Assembly (NCBI GenBank): GCA_965249485.1
Contig: OZ252239.1
Span: 2,624,001-2,688,000, forward strand
Length of the DNA: 64,000 nt
DNA from: a bacterium
GTDB lineage: Bacteria; SM23-31
Direction: 5' to 3'
A program made the translations under genes and the position numbers. Each line of letters starts with the position of its first letter. Positions within the stretch are counted from its first letter, which is position 1. Positions 19,553 through 30,266 of this stretch are shown here, one piece after another. The notes beneath the pieces are model-generated. The model was not told where the DNA came from, did no database searches, and saw only the letters and a list, made by a program, of their open reading frames with translations.

Positions 19553-19579
19553 TTATCGGCACTACTTGAAATAACTTTA
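19553..19579 (-). promoter_or_regulatory. sigma28 (FliA) promoter of fliC
   Basis: Minus strand TAAA-N15-GCCGATAA, a perfect consensus match. Confidence 0.9.
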
Positions 19580-19626
19580 ATATTATTTTGAATATTTTTT
19601 AAATTAATTTTGTTAGCAAGATAAAT

Positions 19627-19660
19627 AAAAAAACGCGGAATCAAATGATCCCGCGTTTTT
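19627..19660. terminator. Intrinsic terminator ending the mre-lgt-cpoB unit
   Basis: AAAAAAACGCGGAATC-AAAT-GATCCCGCGTTTTT. Confidence 0.75.
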
Positions 19661-19686
19661 CAATGATGTTTCATGTATATTGTGTG

Positions 19687-20469
19687 TTATTGCAGGCGGT
19701 TTAAATAAGATTGAGCCCGCGGAACATATTCACTTTTTGCATAATTGGTAATCAGTTTATTGAATTCTTCTTTAGCCCGATTTCTATCGCTAAGTTTAAA
19801 ATAAGTATATCCAAGTTTGAATTGCGCATCATCATCTTTATTTGATTTCAAAAAGGTAAAGACCTTTTCAAAGGCTATAATAGCCTGATTATAATCTTTT
19901 AACGCAAAGTAACATTCGCCTACCCAATATTGACAATTATCAGACAGTGCATGATTTCTGTTAGTCGATAATACGCTGGAAAAACGTGACAATGCGTCAC
20001 GATAATTCCTGTTTTGATATGCTGTCATTGCCTGTTGATACTCAATTTCAAATGAGGTCATAGGCCGATTCGATGCAACCGGTTTTTGGGAGGAAGCATT
20101 ATCACGGGAAAGTACAGAACCTGCCTGCCGCATCTCAATTGATTCATTTGTATTCGATCGAAGTTCGTTCTCAATTTGCCGAATTCGCTCATTTAACATC
20201 ATCATATCTGATTTGAGCAGATTGTTTTCCTCATTTAATGTCAAATTAACCTGTTCCAGCTTAGTGAGTTGGTTATTGAGGTCATCTGTATTTCCGTATG
20301 TTTGGCTTTCATTGTTTTGAATTTGCTGTTGTGCATTTAATAACTCTATAAGGTCCTCTTCCTTTTGCTCTTCGGACACTTCAATATTCCTTGTGGCCAT
20401 AAGAGCACACTGCATAAAAAGAATGAGAAAGAAAACACTTACAATGCAGGGGATTTTATTCATATTCAT
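19687..20469 (-). CDS. Tol-Pal-associated CpoB/YbgF-like coiled-coil + TPR lipoprotein
   Basis: Lipobox-like FMQC, coiled coil, then DNCQYWVGECY and DDAQFKLG TPRs. Confidence 0.75.
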   Translation of the reverse strand: MNMNKIPCIVSVFFLILFMQCALMATRNIEVSEEQKEEDLIELLNAQQQIQNNESQTYGNTDDLNNQLTKLEQVNLTLNEENNLLKSDMMMLNERIRQIENELRSNTNESIEMRQAGSVLSRDNASSQKPVASNRPMTSFEIEYQQAMTAYQNRNYRDALSRFSSVLSTNRNHALSDNCQYWVGECYFALKDYNQAIIAFEKVFTFLKSNKDDDAQFKLGYTYFKLSDRNRAKEEFNKLITNYAKSEYVPRAQSYLNRLQ

Positions 20470-20519
20470 TGCATACTCCCAAAATCAATGATGGTTTCTT
20501 TTATACTCAAATAATACAA

Positions 20520-21329
20520 CTAATGTTCTCTAATGCTTTTTCTGTTGATATACTGAATCATAATGATTCCTATGAGAATCATAGCAAAACTCAATCCCTG
20601 GTTAACAGAAATTTTCAAATCACCCAAATAAAAGAGAATCATACTGTTTTCATAATACCTAAATATATCGACAATAAACCTTGAAATTCCGTAAAAAATA
20701 AGAAAAGTAAAAAATGTAGTATGTTTAAAGTAGTTATAACGTTCACTTAATAACAGCAAGATGAAATTAATTGCTCCGGCAAATGATGCATAAAGCTGCG
20801 CTGGATGTAAAGCTTCTCCAGGGTATATAGCACTCGCCGGGCTGATACTCGGAAAAGTTACTGACCAAGTAGCTTCTAATGGAGTACCGAAACAACATCC
20901 GTGCATAAAACACCCGACACGTGTTATAGCAAAACCCAGTGCAACTGAAGGAGCAATAACATTCAATACAGGTAATATTGGAGTTTTTTTATATCTAAGA
21001 AATAGAATACTACTCAGAATAGAGAGAATAACACCTCCCAGTACCGTCAACCCAGCTATTCCAACAGTTCCATCACTTTGAAATGGATTGATAATATCAA
21101 GCATCCTGCCTTGAAATTCTCCTATATGAAATACTACATACATTCCACGTGCTCCGAGGAGACCAGCGATGATTAATATTATTGATAAATCAACTACAGT
21201 GTCAGGATTAACCTTTGCTAATTTAGCCCTTTTTACCGCCAAATTAATCCCTATTAAAAATGAAATAAGAAGCATTACTCCAAATGAGTGAACTTCAAAC
21301 CAACCTAATTTAAACAATACTGGATGCAT
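20520..21329 (-). CDS. lgt: Prolipoprotein diacylglyceryl transferase
   Basis: MHPVLF, RVGCFMHGCCFG, HPAQLY and RFIVDIFR motifs. Confidence 0.93.
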   Translation of the reverse strand: MHPVLFKLGWFEVHSFGVMLLISFLIGINLAVKRAKLAKVNPDTVVDLSIILIIAGLLGARGMYVVFHIGEFQGRMLDIINPFQSDGTVGIAGLTVLGGVILSILSSILFLRYKKTPILPVLNVIAPSVALGFAITRVGCFMHGCCFGTPLEATWSVTFPSISPASAIYPGEALHPAQLYASFAGAINFILLLLSERYNYFKHTTFFTFLIFYGISRFIVDIFRYYENSMILFYLGDLKISVNQGLSFAMILIGIIMIQYINRKSIREH

Positions 21330-21370
21330 GATAGATAGTTTTCCTGATAATATTTATAATTGTATAGTGG

Positions 21371-22597
21371 CTAAAAATATGTTCCGCGTTTGTACGCAAT
21401 ATTTAATGTTATCCCCATCATAACATATAGAGTGACTAAAAACGATCCGCCATAACTGAGAAATGGGAGCGGCAGTCCTGTTACGGGCATTATATTTACT
21501 GTCATGGCGGTATTAACAAAGACATGAAATAATATAATTGATGTAAATCCAATAACGATTAGGCTATCAAAATGTTCCCTTGACATTGAAGCTATAGACA
21601 GCATCTTTGCTATTAGAAGAAAAAACAACAATAGCACTGCCGAAACACCAACATATCCAAACTCTTCCGCCAAAACAGAGAAAATAAAATCGGTATTCTG
21701 CTCAGGAAGAAATTTGAGCTGCGTTTGTGTGCCCTTCAAAAACCCTTTACCTGTCAATCCCCCGGAGCCGATTGCGTTCATCGATTGTATTACCTGGTAG
21801 CCTGTCCCGCGGGCATCCTGTTGAGGATCAAAGAGAATTTTTATCCGTTGTTGTTGATACGGTTTCAAATTGTTCAACAATTCTGGAGTGACAATTCCGG
21901 ATGCAATATTAATGATAAATAAACCTAATACAACTGAAAGACGTTTTTGAGACAAATAGAGAACACCAACAACTATCATCATCCAAATCAAGAAGAAAAT
22001 AAAATGAAATGATGTAATGATGCTGAGAAACGGAGATAAGATTACAAATAAAGTGAACGGCTGAATACCTGCCCAGTAGAGGATTGGAATTACAAATGAT
22101 AAAAAGACAAGGCTAGTGCCAAGATCAGGCTGCTCATTAACGATATATGCTGGAATTGCAATAATAAGAAAGACTATTGCCAGATCTTTGAGCCGGTTGT
22201 TTGCTATTTTAACTTGAGAAAGAAAACGTGCAAGGCCAATGACAACTGCAACTTTAGCAAACTCAGAAGGTTGCAGCCCAACCATTCCAATTCTAATCCA
22301 TCGCTCAGAACCTTGTCCGCTCCCCTGAAACAAGACGAGAACCAATAACAAAACTGAAACCCCATATATGATGTACGCAAATGCTAATAGAAATTTTGTA
22401 GGAACTATGATCATTGTTATCGCGGTAACCAGTCCGACAACAAACCAGATTAATTGTTTTTGAAAGTCATTTGTGGGATTAACTTCATTAATACTAGCTT
22501 TGGCAGAATAGATAAGCACAAAACCGACAAAAGTAAGCAGCAACACTAAAATTATTAGCTGCCAATCAAGTTTATTTATTTGAAAACCCTTTTCCAT
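21371..22597 (-). CDS. rodA: Rod shape-determining protein RodA
   Basis: QPSEFAK, QPDLGT, LPEQNTDFIF and LPFLSYGGS motifs. Confidence 0.95.
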   Translation of the reverse strand: MEKGFQINKLDWQLIILVLLLTFVGFVLIYSAKASINEVNPTNDFQKQLIWFVVGLVTAITMIIVPTKFLLAFAYIIYGVSVLLLVLVLFQGSGQGSERWIRIGMVGLQPSEFAKVAVVIGLARFLSQVKIANNRLKDLAIVFLIIAIPAYIVNEQPDLGTSLVFLSFVIPILYWAGIQPFTLFVILSPFLSIITSFHFIFFLIWMMIVVGVLYLSQKRLSVVLGLFIINIASGIVTPELLNNLKPYQQQRIKILFDPQQDARGTGYQVIQSMNAIGSGGLTGKGFLKGTQTQLKFLPEQNTDFIFSVLAEEFGYVGVSAVLLLFFLLIAKMLSIASMSREHFDSLIVIGFTSIILFHVFVNTAMTVNIMPVTGLPLPFLSYGGSFLVTLYVMMGITLNIAYKRGTYF

Positions 22598-22604
22598 ATA
22601 AATG

Positions 22605-24416
22605 TTACTTTAATTTTGACGAAAGAATTACATCATTTTTAAACTCACTAAGGCGAAAAAACTCTTTAAATATTTCTCTCGCAATTGGCGCTGCAATCCT
22701 GCCTCCACCTCCACCATTTTCAACTAAAACGGCAAGAGCGATGATGGGATTTTCTTCTGGTGCATAACCTATAAACCATGCATGATCCTGACCATGTATA
22801 TTTTCGGCCGTACCAGTTTTTCCGGCTATAGCAATATTTCTGTTTTGAACAGTTAGTGCAGTACCCCTTGATCCGTTTACAACATTATGCATTCCCTTCC
22901 TCACGGTATCCCATACATCTTCCCTGATTCCTTCTACGTGTTTTACTGTGAGGGTTGGCATATATACGACAGAATCGGATTTAGAATCTTCAGCCATTTT
23001 TAAGAAATGGGGTTGAACAAGATTTCCTTTTGTGGCGATCGATGCAGTAAACTTAGCCATTTGCAGTGGAGTTGCCAATAAATCACCCTGGCCAATTATT
23101 AAGTTTACCATCTGCCCTTTTTCATTCCAGCCAACTTCTTTATATTTTTCATCCATGTATGTCTTTATGGGTAAAATTCCCGGATTCTCCTCTGGAAAAT
23201 CTAAGCCAGTTGTGGCTCCGAAACCAAATTTTCTCCCATAATCAGACCACTGTTCCAATGTTATTTTTTGTGAAAGATTGTAAAAATACACATTACATGA
23301 TTGTTCAATTGCTTGAACGATATCTAGTTTTCCATGTCCTTCTTTGCGCCAACAATAGTGAGTTTTTCTCCCTATTCTAAAACTCCCATTACACACAAAT
23401 GTTTGCCCAGGTGTTGTATTGTTATCATTCAGGGCGGAGATTGCACCAATTATTTTATATGTTGAACCCGGCGGAAATCTACTTTGTGTTACTCGGTTAT
23501 AGAGCGGTGATCCAGGATCGTTGAGGAGAAGATTATATTCTTCTTGTGTAAAATGACTGCTCATAAAAAATGGCTCATAATCCGGTTTACTCACTGCGGC
23601 ATAAATTTCGCCATTTTGCGGATTGAGTGCAACGATAGCACCGAGACTATCACCCAGAAGTTCTTCTGCTCTTATTTGAAGATCCCTGTCTAAAGTTAGT
23701 ATCAGATTGTTTCCTGGAATAGTTTCAACAGTATTGGGGGTTTGAATCTCGCCCACTTCCCTTCCTAAGACATCAACTTCAAGATACGTATAACCCTTTT
23801 GACCTCTTAAAAGGTTTTCATAATATTTTTCCAACCCCATTTTCCCGATGACATCGCCAGAATTATAATAATCGCTTGACAGGCCTTTTATTTCATCTAC
23901 ACTTATCTCTTTAATGAAACCTAAGAAATGTGATGCTCGAATTCCTGACGGGTAAAAACGCTGAGGCTCATCTTGAGAAATTACTCCTGGCAAATCTAAA
24001 CGATTTTCTTCAAAGTAAACCAGTTCCCCATGATCGACCGTTAATATTTTAACAGGCTGATATTGCGTTGGAGCTGCTTCAAGTCGTTGGATAATATTGT
24101 TTTTTTCTTCAGGAAAATGAGATTCGATTAAATTGAATAGATAATTTTCATCTTTTAATTCATACGGTATAACGGAAACGGAATAGGCAGGCACATTGTC
24201 TACAAGAAGCACATGATTTCTATCATATATTCTCCCTCTGTTCGGAAAAACCTGAACTTCGCGTGTTCGATTTGACTCAGATTGCAGGCTATGCTGTTCA
24301 CTTCCGAGAATTTGTATAAAGAAAAAACGAAAATATATAACAATGAATACAAAAAACGTTATTGCAATAAATACAAAATAGCGCTTATTTTTTTGATCAG
24401 ATGATGATTCTTGCAT
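22605..24416 (-). CDS. mrdA: Penicillin-binding protein 2
   Basis: PGSTYK (SxxK), SCN and KTGTAE motifs. Position in the mre operon. Confidence 0.95.
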   Translation of the reverse strand: MQESSSDQKNKRYFVFIAITFFVFIVIYFRFFFIQILGSEQHSLQSESNRTREVQVFPNRGRIYDRNHVLLVDNVPAYSVSVIPYELKDENYLFNLIESHFPEEKNNIIQRLEAAPTQYQPVKILTVDHGELVYFEENRLDLPGVISQDEPQRFYPSGIRASHFLGFIKEISVDEIKGLSSDYYNSGDVIGKMGLEKYYENLLRGQKGYTYLEVDVLGREVGEIQTPNTVETIPGNNLILTLDRDLQIRAEELLGDSLGAIVALNPQNGEIYAAVSKPDYEPFFMSSHFTQEEYNLLLNDPGSPLYNRVTQSRFPPGSTYKIIGAISALNDNNTTPGQTFVCNGSFRIGRKTHYCWRKEGHGKLDIVQAIEQSCNVYFYNLSQKITLEQWSDYGRKFGFGATTGLDFPEENPGILPIKTYMDEKYKEVGWNEKGQMVNLIIGQGDLLATPLQMAKFTASIATKGNLVQPHFLKMAEDSKSDSVVYMPTLTVKHVEGIREDVWDTVRKGMHNVVNGSRGTALTVQNRNIAIAGKTGTAENIHGQDHAWFIGYAPEENPIIALAVLVENGGGGGRIAAPIAREIFKEFFRLSEFKNDVILSSKLK

Positions 24417-24428
24417 AATGTTCAGGTC

Positions 24429-24947
24429 TTATTTTTTTAGCCAATAAAAGAAAATGACTCCGATAAAAAGCGAATAAATTGTTGATGGTAATGATTGAAC
24501 AAATAAAAGCTTCCAGATATTGAATTCTGTGTTAATCGTATAAATTAATTTATATAATATATCATGAACGATATTAATTATAAAGTAAAATGCGCAAAAT
24601 TGGATTATTTTCTGTAACTTATGTGCTTTCGGTACATACCCTATAAGGAAACCTGCAAATGTTTTTGTCAAGGCATGCAATCCTATAATTCCGCCGCCGA
24701 ATGCATCAAGAAAAAATCCCGCAAAAAATCCAGTGAGCGTTGATGTGAGTTGAGAATGTCGAATTCCGAAAAAAAATAGTAAAATTAATACAAGCTCAGG
24801 TTGAACAATCACATTCGGAATGAAAATGAGCCCAAAATACTTAAGTACAGAAATTTGTACAATTATAAGTGAGGCGAATCCAGAACACCATTTGTAGAAT
24901 CGTACATTCAATAAAGAAAATATTCGAAGTGAAGCGAACGAACTCAT
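24429..24947 (-). CDS. mreD: Rod shape-determining protein MreD
   Basis: Hydrophobic, GFFAGFFLD...IGLHAL, between mreC and mrdA. Confidence 0.85.
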   Translation of the reverse strand: MSSFASLRIFSLLNVRFYKWCSGFASLIIVQISVLKYFGLIFIPNVIVQPELVLILLFFFGIRHSQLTSTLTGFFAGFFLDAFGGGIIGLHALTKTFAGFLIGYVPKAHKLQKIIQFCAFYFIINIVHDILYKLIYTINTEFNIWKLLFVQSLPSTIYSLFIGVIFFYWLKK

Positions 24948-24984
24948 ATTGTCACGTTAAATAAAATTAATGTTTTTAACTGCT

Positions 24985-25776
24985 TTAGCTATCTGATGGA
25001 TTTTTGTTTAGAATAACACTCACTTCCTGAAGTTGATCGTATTTTACAAACAGATTCACAAAAACAGTTTTAAACAATCCAGGTTCTCGTGTAAAATCGG
25101 AAACGGTACCAATAGGAATTCCAAAGGGATATATATTGCCATGCCGAGATGACACTACCGTATCTCCAACAGTTACGACTGCACTACCATTCACATTCAA
25201 AACTGCGATATTATCCTCAAGAAATGATAAAAATCCCATTATTTCTGCCCTTTTCAGTTGTGAACTGACACGAAAACTACCGTCCGTTAGAAGTTGGCAA
25301 ATGGAAAAATTTGAGCCGCTTTCGATAATTTTCCCTACTAATCCATTATTAGTTATAACAGGATCGTTTTTTGTCACCCCATCCCGGCTACCCAGGTCGA
25401 TAGTTACAGTGCTGAGAAGAGGTGAATTCCAGTGAGTAATATGTCCCGATTTGAACTCATATTTAGTATTTTGTTTGAAATCCAAGAGCTCACGTAACCG
25501 TTGGTTCTGTTCACTAATTACACGTAACTGGTCGTTTTCAAAATTGAGTCGAAGATTATCGGACTTGAGCTGTTTGTTTTCTTCCAAAGCTGCAAATAGC
25601 AATACAACCCAATTCAGCTTTTGAGTTACACTACCGGCAACATCTGCAGATATAGTTCTCAGGACTAATACCTGTGAAGTTTGGTTAGAAAATATTAGAA
25701 TTGTTGATATGATTAGGCACAAAAAAAACACAAGAACCGTTTTGTGAAAATGGATGAATCGAATGATGCGTTCCAT
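24985..25776 (-). CDS. mreC: Rod shape-determining protein MreC
   Basis: TM + coiled coil, GLVGKI, GDTVVSS and YPFGIPIG motifs. Confidence 0.93.
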   Translation of the reverse strand: MERIIRFIHFHKTVLVFFLCLIISTILIFSNQTSQVLVLRTISADVAGSVTQKLNWVVLLFAALEENKQLKSDNLRLNFENDQLRVISEQNQRLRELLDFKQNTKYEFKSGHITHWNSPLLSTVTIDLGSRDGVTKNDPVITNNGLVGKIIESGSNFSICQLLTDGSFRVSSQLKRAEIMGFLSFLEDNIAVLNVNGSAVVTVGDTVVSSRHGNIYPFGIPIGTVSDFTREPGLFKTVFVNLFVKYDQLQEVSVILNKNPSDS

Positions 25777-25806
25777 GTATAACCATCCTTTTAATCAAAC
25801 AGATTT

Positions 25807-26835
25807 TTATCGACGGCTTTTTATAAGAACTTTCTCATAGAATTCTATATCATCCAAAACTTTGCCAGTTCCCCGCACAACGCACGTCAAAGGGTCTTCA
25901 GCAACAATTATCGGGAGATTGGATTCTTCCCGAATCCGCTCATCCAATCCCCTTAACAATGCTCCTCCGCCTGTCAAGATTATACCGCGGTCTAAAATGT
26001 CTGATGCTAATTCCGGGGGTGTTTTTTCCAGTGAAAGACGAACTGCATCTACAATCGCATTTATCGGTACACTGAGAGCTTCTCTGATTTCCACCGAACT
26101 CACTTCAGTTGTTTTTGGAACTCCAGCTACTAAATCTCGTCCTTTTACCGGCAATGTGATTTCTTCCTCGAGAGGAACAGCAGAGCCTAATGTACATTTA
26201 ATTTCTTCTGCTGACTTTTCTCCTATCAGCATGTTGTAATTTCTATTGAAAAACTGAAGAATCACTTGGTTCATTTCATCTCCGCCGATTCTTACCGATG
26301 TTTCACACACAATACCAGAAAGCGCAATCACCGCTATTTCTGTAGTCCCTCCTCCAACATCGATAACCATATTGCCGATTGGCTGATGAATTTCTAGGCC
26401 AACTCCAATCGCTGCAGCCATTGGTTCAGCGATCAAAAGTACTTCGCCGGCACCAGCATGTTCGGCCGAATCACGAACAGCACGCTTTTCAACTTCTGTT
26501 ATGCTTGACGGAACTGAAATTACCATTCTTAGATGGATAAATCGGCTAATGTGTACTCTTTTAATGAATTCTCTCAGCATATCTTCAACAACTTCAAAAT
26601 CGGCAATCACACCATCTTTCATTGGGCGGATTATTTCAATATCTCCGGGAGTTCTTCCAAGCATTTTTTTTGCTTCATGTCCGATAGCAACCATTTTTCG
26701 GTTGTTTTTGTTTAATGCAACAATCGAAGGTTCATTGACAATAATCCCCTTACCCTTCACATAGATCAAGGTGTTTGCCGTACCTAAATCTATTGCAATA
26801 TCACTGGATAAAAAACTGAATGATGACAATATCAT
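25807..26835 (-). CDS. mreB: Actin-like MreB
   Basis: IAIDLGTANT, EPMAAAIG, DVGGGTTE and LTGGGALL motifs. Confidence 0.97.
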   Translation of the reverse strand: MILSSFSFLSSDIAIDLGTANTLIYVKGKGIIVNEPSIVALNKNNRKMVAIGHEAKKMLGRTPGDIEIIRPMKDGVIADFEVVEDMLREFIKRVHISRFIHLRMVISVPSSITEVEKRAVRDSAEHAGAGEVLLIAEPMAAAIGVGLEIHQPIGNMVIDVGGGTTEIAVIALSGIVCETSVRIGGDEMNQVILQFFNRNYNMLIGEKSAEEIKCTLGSAVPLEEEITLPVKGRDLVAGVPKTTEVSSVEIREALSVPINAIVDAVRLSLEKTPPELASDILDRGIILTGGGALLRGLDERIREESNLPIIVAEDPLTCVVRGTGKVLDDIEFYEKVLIKSRR

Positions 26836-26906
26836 GTATTCCTCAATTCGTCTCAGTTGTTAAAAATACAATGCTTTATCCTTAAATTTGCCGATTCCCA
26901 TAAAGT

Positions 26907-28460
26907 TTAATGCCTGAAATGTCTGACACCAGTAAATATCATAGCAATATTATGCTCTTCAGCAGCAGCAATTACCTCATCATCCCGAACTGAACCGCCT
27001 GGCTGAATAACTGCTGTCGCTCCTGCTTCTTTTGCTGCATCTATTCCATCCCGAAAAGGAAAAAATGCATCTGAAATGAGAACAGAGCCCTTAAGACTTA
27101 TGTTCTCTTGCTGAGCTTTTATGGAAGCCAATTCAGCTGCGTCTATTCGAGATGGTTGCCCTATTCCAATACCAAGCGTCCTTTCTGGTGAGCAGTAAAC
27201 TATACAATTCGACTTGACATATTTTATCAATTTCCATCCAAAACGGAGAGCTTCCCATTCAAATTCATTTGGTTCTCTGCTTGTAACTACCTTAAATTGA
27301 TTATCCTCAAAGTTTTCAACATCGTTGTCCTGAATCAAAATGCCACCATGAATAGTTTTAATCTCTTGAAAAGTTTCACGAGCATTAAAACTTGAAAGCG
27401 TTTTAAGGATTCTGATATTTTTCTTCTGTGAAATTATATCAAATGCATCCGGCTCAAAATAGGGAGCAATTAATACCTCAATAAACATTTGAGATAATCT
27501 TTCTGCCGTCGGGACATCAAGCGGCCTGTTCAAACCAATAATTCCCCCATAAGCAGAGACAGTATCGGTCGAAAATGCTTTGTCAAACGCTTTGACCAAT
27601 TCATCATCACAACCTACACCGCATGGATTTGCATGTTTAATAACGACAGCTGTAGGCTTGTCATATTCATGAGACAATGACATGGCTGTATCAATATCAA
27701 CGATATTATTATATGACAATTGTTTTCCACTTAACTGCTTATAAGGCAAATCTTCAAAAGGCCTTTGGTAGAAAGCCGCTTTTTGATGCGGATTCTCGCC
27801 ATATCTTAACACATTGACCTTCTTGTACAATTCATAGACGTTGTCAGGAAAATCAACAGCTTGATTATTCTGTAACTCTGAAAGATATTTGCTGATAAAC
27901 CAATCGTACGATGATGTCAAAGCAAATACATCTGTTGCAAGCTTTAATGACAAAGATTCAGATATAGTGTTGTCGTTTTCTGAAAGTTCCTGTAGAATAG
28001 AATCATATGTTTCCGGTGAAGTGATAGCCGCAACATCACCATAATTTTTTGCAGCTGCTCGAAGTAATGAAACCCCTCCAATATCAATTTGCACAAGAAT
28101 TTCCTCAGTTGATTTATTTCCTTCGGCTAATGTTTCTACAAATGGGTATAGATTTACTGCAACCAAATCAATACTCTGCAAATCATACTCAAACAGTGAT
28201 TCAATATGATCGTCTCTGTTTCGGAGTGCCAATATTCCCATAAAAATATTGGGATGAAGTGTTTTTACTCTCCCATCAAGGCATTCCGGAAAATTCGTTA
28301 CCTCTTCAACAAGCTGACATGCTATGTTGTTTCTCTTCAGGAGGGCAGCAGTTCCCCCGGTGCTAATTATTGCAACTCCTAACTCAAATAACCTTTGAGC
28401 AAATTTAACAACACCGGTTTTGTTGTGCACACTAATGAGAGCTGTTCTAATTTCAGGCAT
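26907..28460 (-). CDS. purH: AICAR transformylase / IMP cyclohydrolase
   Basis: [31 protein letters not shown] and RHFRH motifs. Confidence 0.97.
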   Translation of the reverse strand: MPEIRTALISVHNKTGVVKFAQRLFELGVAIISTGGTAALLKRNNIACQLVEEVTNFPECLDGRVKTLHPNIFMGILALRNRDDHIESLFEYDLQSIDLVAVNLYPFVETLAEGNKSTEEILVQIDIGGVSLLRAAAKNYGDVAAITSPETYDSILQELSENDNTISESLSLKLATDVFALTSSYDWFISKYLSELQNNQAVDFPDNVYELYKKVNVLRYGENPHQKAAFYQRPFEDLPYKQLSGKQLSYNNIVDIDTAMSLSHEYDKPTAVVIKHANPCGVGCDDELVKAFDKAFSTDTVSAYGGIIGLNRPLDVPTAERLSQMFIEVLIAPYFEPDAFDIISQKKNIRILKTLSSFNARETFQEIKTIHGGILIQDNDVENFEDNQFKVVTSREPNEFEWEALRFGWKLIKYVKSNCIVYCSPERTLGIGIGQPSRIDAAELASIKAQQENISLKGSVLISDAFFPFRDGIDAAKEAGATAVIQPGGSVRDDEVIAAAEEHNIAMIFTGVRHFRH

Positions 28461-29112
28461 TATTCCTCTTGATAAATACTCGTTTACCCTTTACTATAGC
28501 TCTATCTTCACAAAACAAATTAATTGCTTCCTTATAAATATTATGCTCCTCCTTTAATATCCGTTCTTGAAGGATTTCAGGAGTATCCTCATCTAAAACA
28601 GGAACTACATGCTGTAACACTATAGGCCCCGCATCATACTCATTGTTAACTAAGTGGACTGTGACACCAGAAAATTTTACACCTGATTCAATAACAGCTT
28701 CATGCACCCTGATACCATACATCCCTTTTCCGCCAAACGAGGGCAATAAGGCAGGATGAATATTTATGATCCTGTTATTGAATTTGTTGACAATCGATGT
28801 GCTGATTTTTTTCATATATCCGGCAAGCACAACAAAATTTGTCTTCCAGTATTCAAGTGTATCGAGAATTTTTTGTTCTCGTTCAGTTTCATCAGGGTAG
28901 CTGTTATTGTTTATAATCTCAACAGATATTCCTCTTGATCGCGCAAACTTTAAAGCTCCGGCATCAGGATTATTTGAAATCAAACCAGCTACTTCTGCAT
29001 GAAGCTCTTTATTTTCAATAGCTTCGGCAATTGCTCTAAAATTGCTCCCGGCTCCTGATGCAAAAACTGCCAATTGAAGCTTAGTTGATTTGGAATCAAA
29101 ACCCAATGTCAA
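28453..29112 (-). CDS. purN: Phosphoribosylglycinamide formyltransferase
   Basis: ASGAGSN, INIHPALLP and YDAGPI motifs. Confidence 0.95.
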   Translation of the reverse strand: MTLGFDSKSTKLQLAVFASGAGSNFRAIAEAIENKELHAEVAGLISNNPDAGALKFARSRGISVEIINNNSYPDETEREQKILDTLEYWKTNFVVLAGYMKKISTSIVNKFNNRIINIHPALLPSFGGKGMYGIRVHEAVIESGVKFSGVTVHLVNNEYDAGPIVLQHVVPVLDEDTPEILQERILKEEHNIYKEAINLFCEDRAIVKGKRVFIKRNNA

Positions 29113-30059
29113 ATTACCGAATTTTCTAGCAAATCAAAAGTTTTCTTGTTAGTATCTATCTTAGCATGGACTCCATTCGGTAGTGTTAGCTTTCCGGGTA
29201 TATGTCCATAATCTAATTTTGCAAGTGCAGGGACATTAAATTCCTGCAATAATGGCTTCACAATATTCTCAATAATACAACCGTTCATATCCTTGTTTTG
29301 GATGTCACTATTATTGAAATGGCCTAAAACAAGACCATTAATTTTTTGAAAGACTCCCCGATGCCGTAATGCTGTAAATGCACGGTCAATTTTATACAAA
29401 TCCTCATCTATATCTTCCAATACAAGAATAGCACCATTAAGATCAGGGCAGTAAGGCGTATCAAGGCAGTTAAGAAATACCGAAAGGCAGCCGCAAATGA
29501 CAGGGCCTTCGACACAGCCTTCATTAACAACTGACAATTCATGAGAGTTGTAGTCATGGAGATGATTCGCCCTTTGATTGTTGTATAATAAATCCCAAAA
29601 ATGGGATTCTGAATTCACCGGAATTTCGTCCATCCCAAAATCGATTGCCACCATCGGTCCGGAAAATGTAATAATACCGGCTTTGCTATATAATGCCATT
29701 TGCAATGCCGTTGCATCTGAATATCCTACTAAGATTTTAGGATTATTCCTTATGCAATTATAATCAATATGATGAAGGAGCCTTGAACTTCCATATCCGC
29801 CACGTGCAATGAATATCCCATTTATGGAAGAATCGGAAAACATTGCCATGAAATCGCTAAGCCGCTCTTCATCACTACCCGCCAAATAATCTTTACATTT
29901 ATAAACATTATTACCAAGAACTATCTCAAACCCTTTGCTCTCAAGATAGTGTACCCCTATATCCAGCATCTGCTTCTGAACTGGTCCGCTCGGCGCGACA
30001 ATTCCAATTGTATCACCTTTCTGTAAACGCGGCGGTTTAATAATGGTCATGAAATTCAA
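29109..30059 (-). CDS. ldcA: LD-carboxypeptidase (S66 family)
   Basis: RGGYG, GYSDAT, LEDIDE and YGH motifs. Confidence 0.9.
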   Translation of the reverse strand: MNFMTIIKPPRLQKGDTIGIVAPSGPVQKQMLDIGVHYLESKGFEIVLGNNVYKCKDYLAGSDEERLSDFMAMFSDSSINGIFIARGGYGSSRLLHHIDYNCIRNNPKILVGYSDATALQMALYSKAGIITFSGPMVAIDFGMDEIPVNSESHFWDLLYNNQRANHLHDYNSHELSVVNEGCVEGPVICGCLSVFLNCLDTPYCPDLNGAILVLEDIDEDLYKIDRAFTALRHRGVFQKINGLVLGHFNNSDIQNKDMNGCIIENIVKPLLQEFNVPALAKLDYGHIPGKLTLPNGVHAKIDTNKKTFDLLENSVI

Positions 30060-30201
30060 TCAAGGATTATCAATGAGCTTAAACTGAAAATATATAAAAA
30101 AAAACTTCTTAATCAAAGAAAATTATATTGACATATTGTTGAATCCAGAAGGCAAAATATTAACGTGCGAATGAATTCAATGAATACTAATATGTATCAA
30201 T

Positions 30202-30240
30202 AAAAAAGCAAGGAACTTCTAGCCCAGTCCCTTGCTTATT
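30202..30240 (-). terminator. Intrinsic terminator after the TPR gene
   Basis: Plus strand AAAAAAGCAAGGAAC...GTCCCTTGCTT; the T-run falls on the minus strand. Confidence 0.6.
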
Positions 30241-30266
30241 CTAATAAAATTATACTAGAAAACAAT

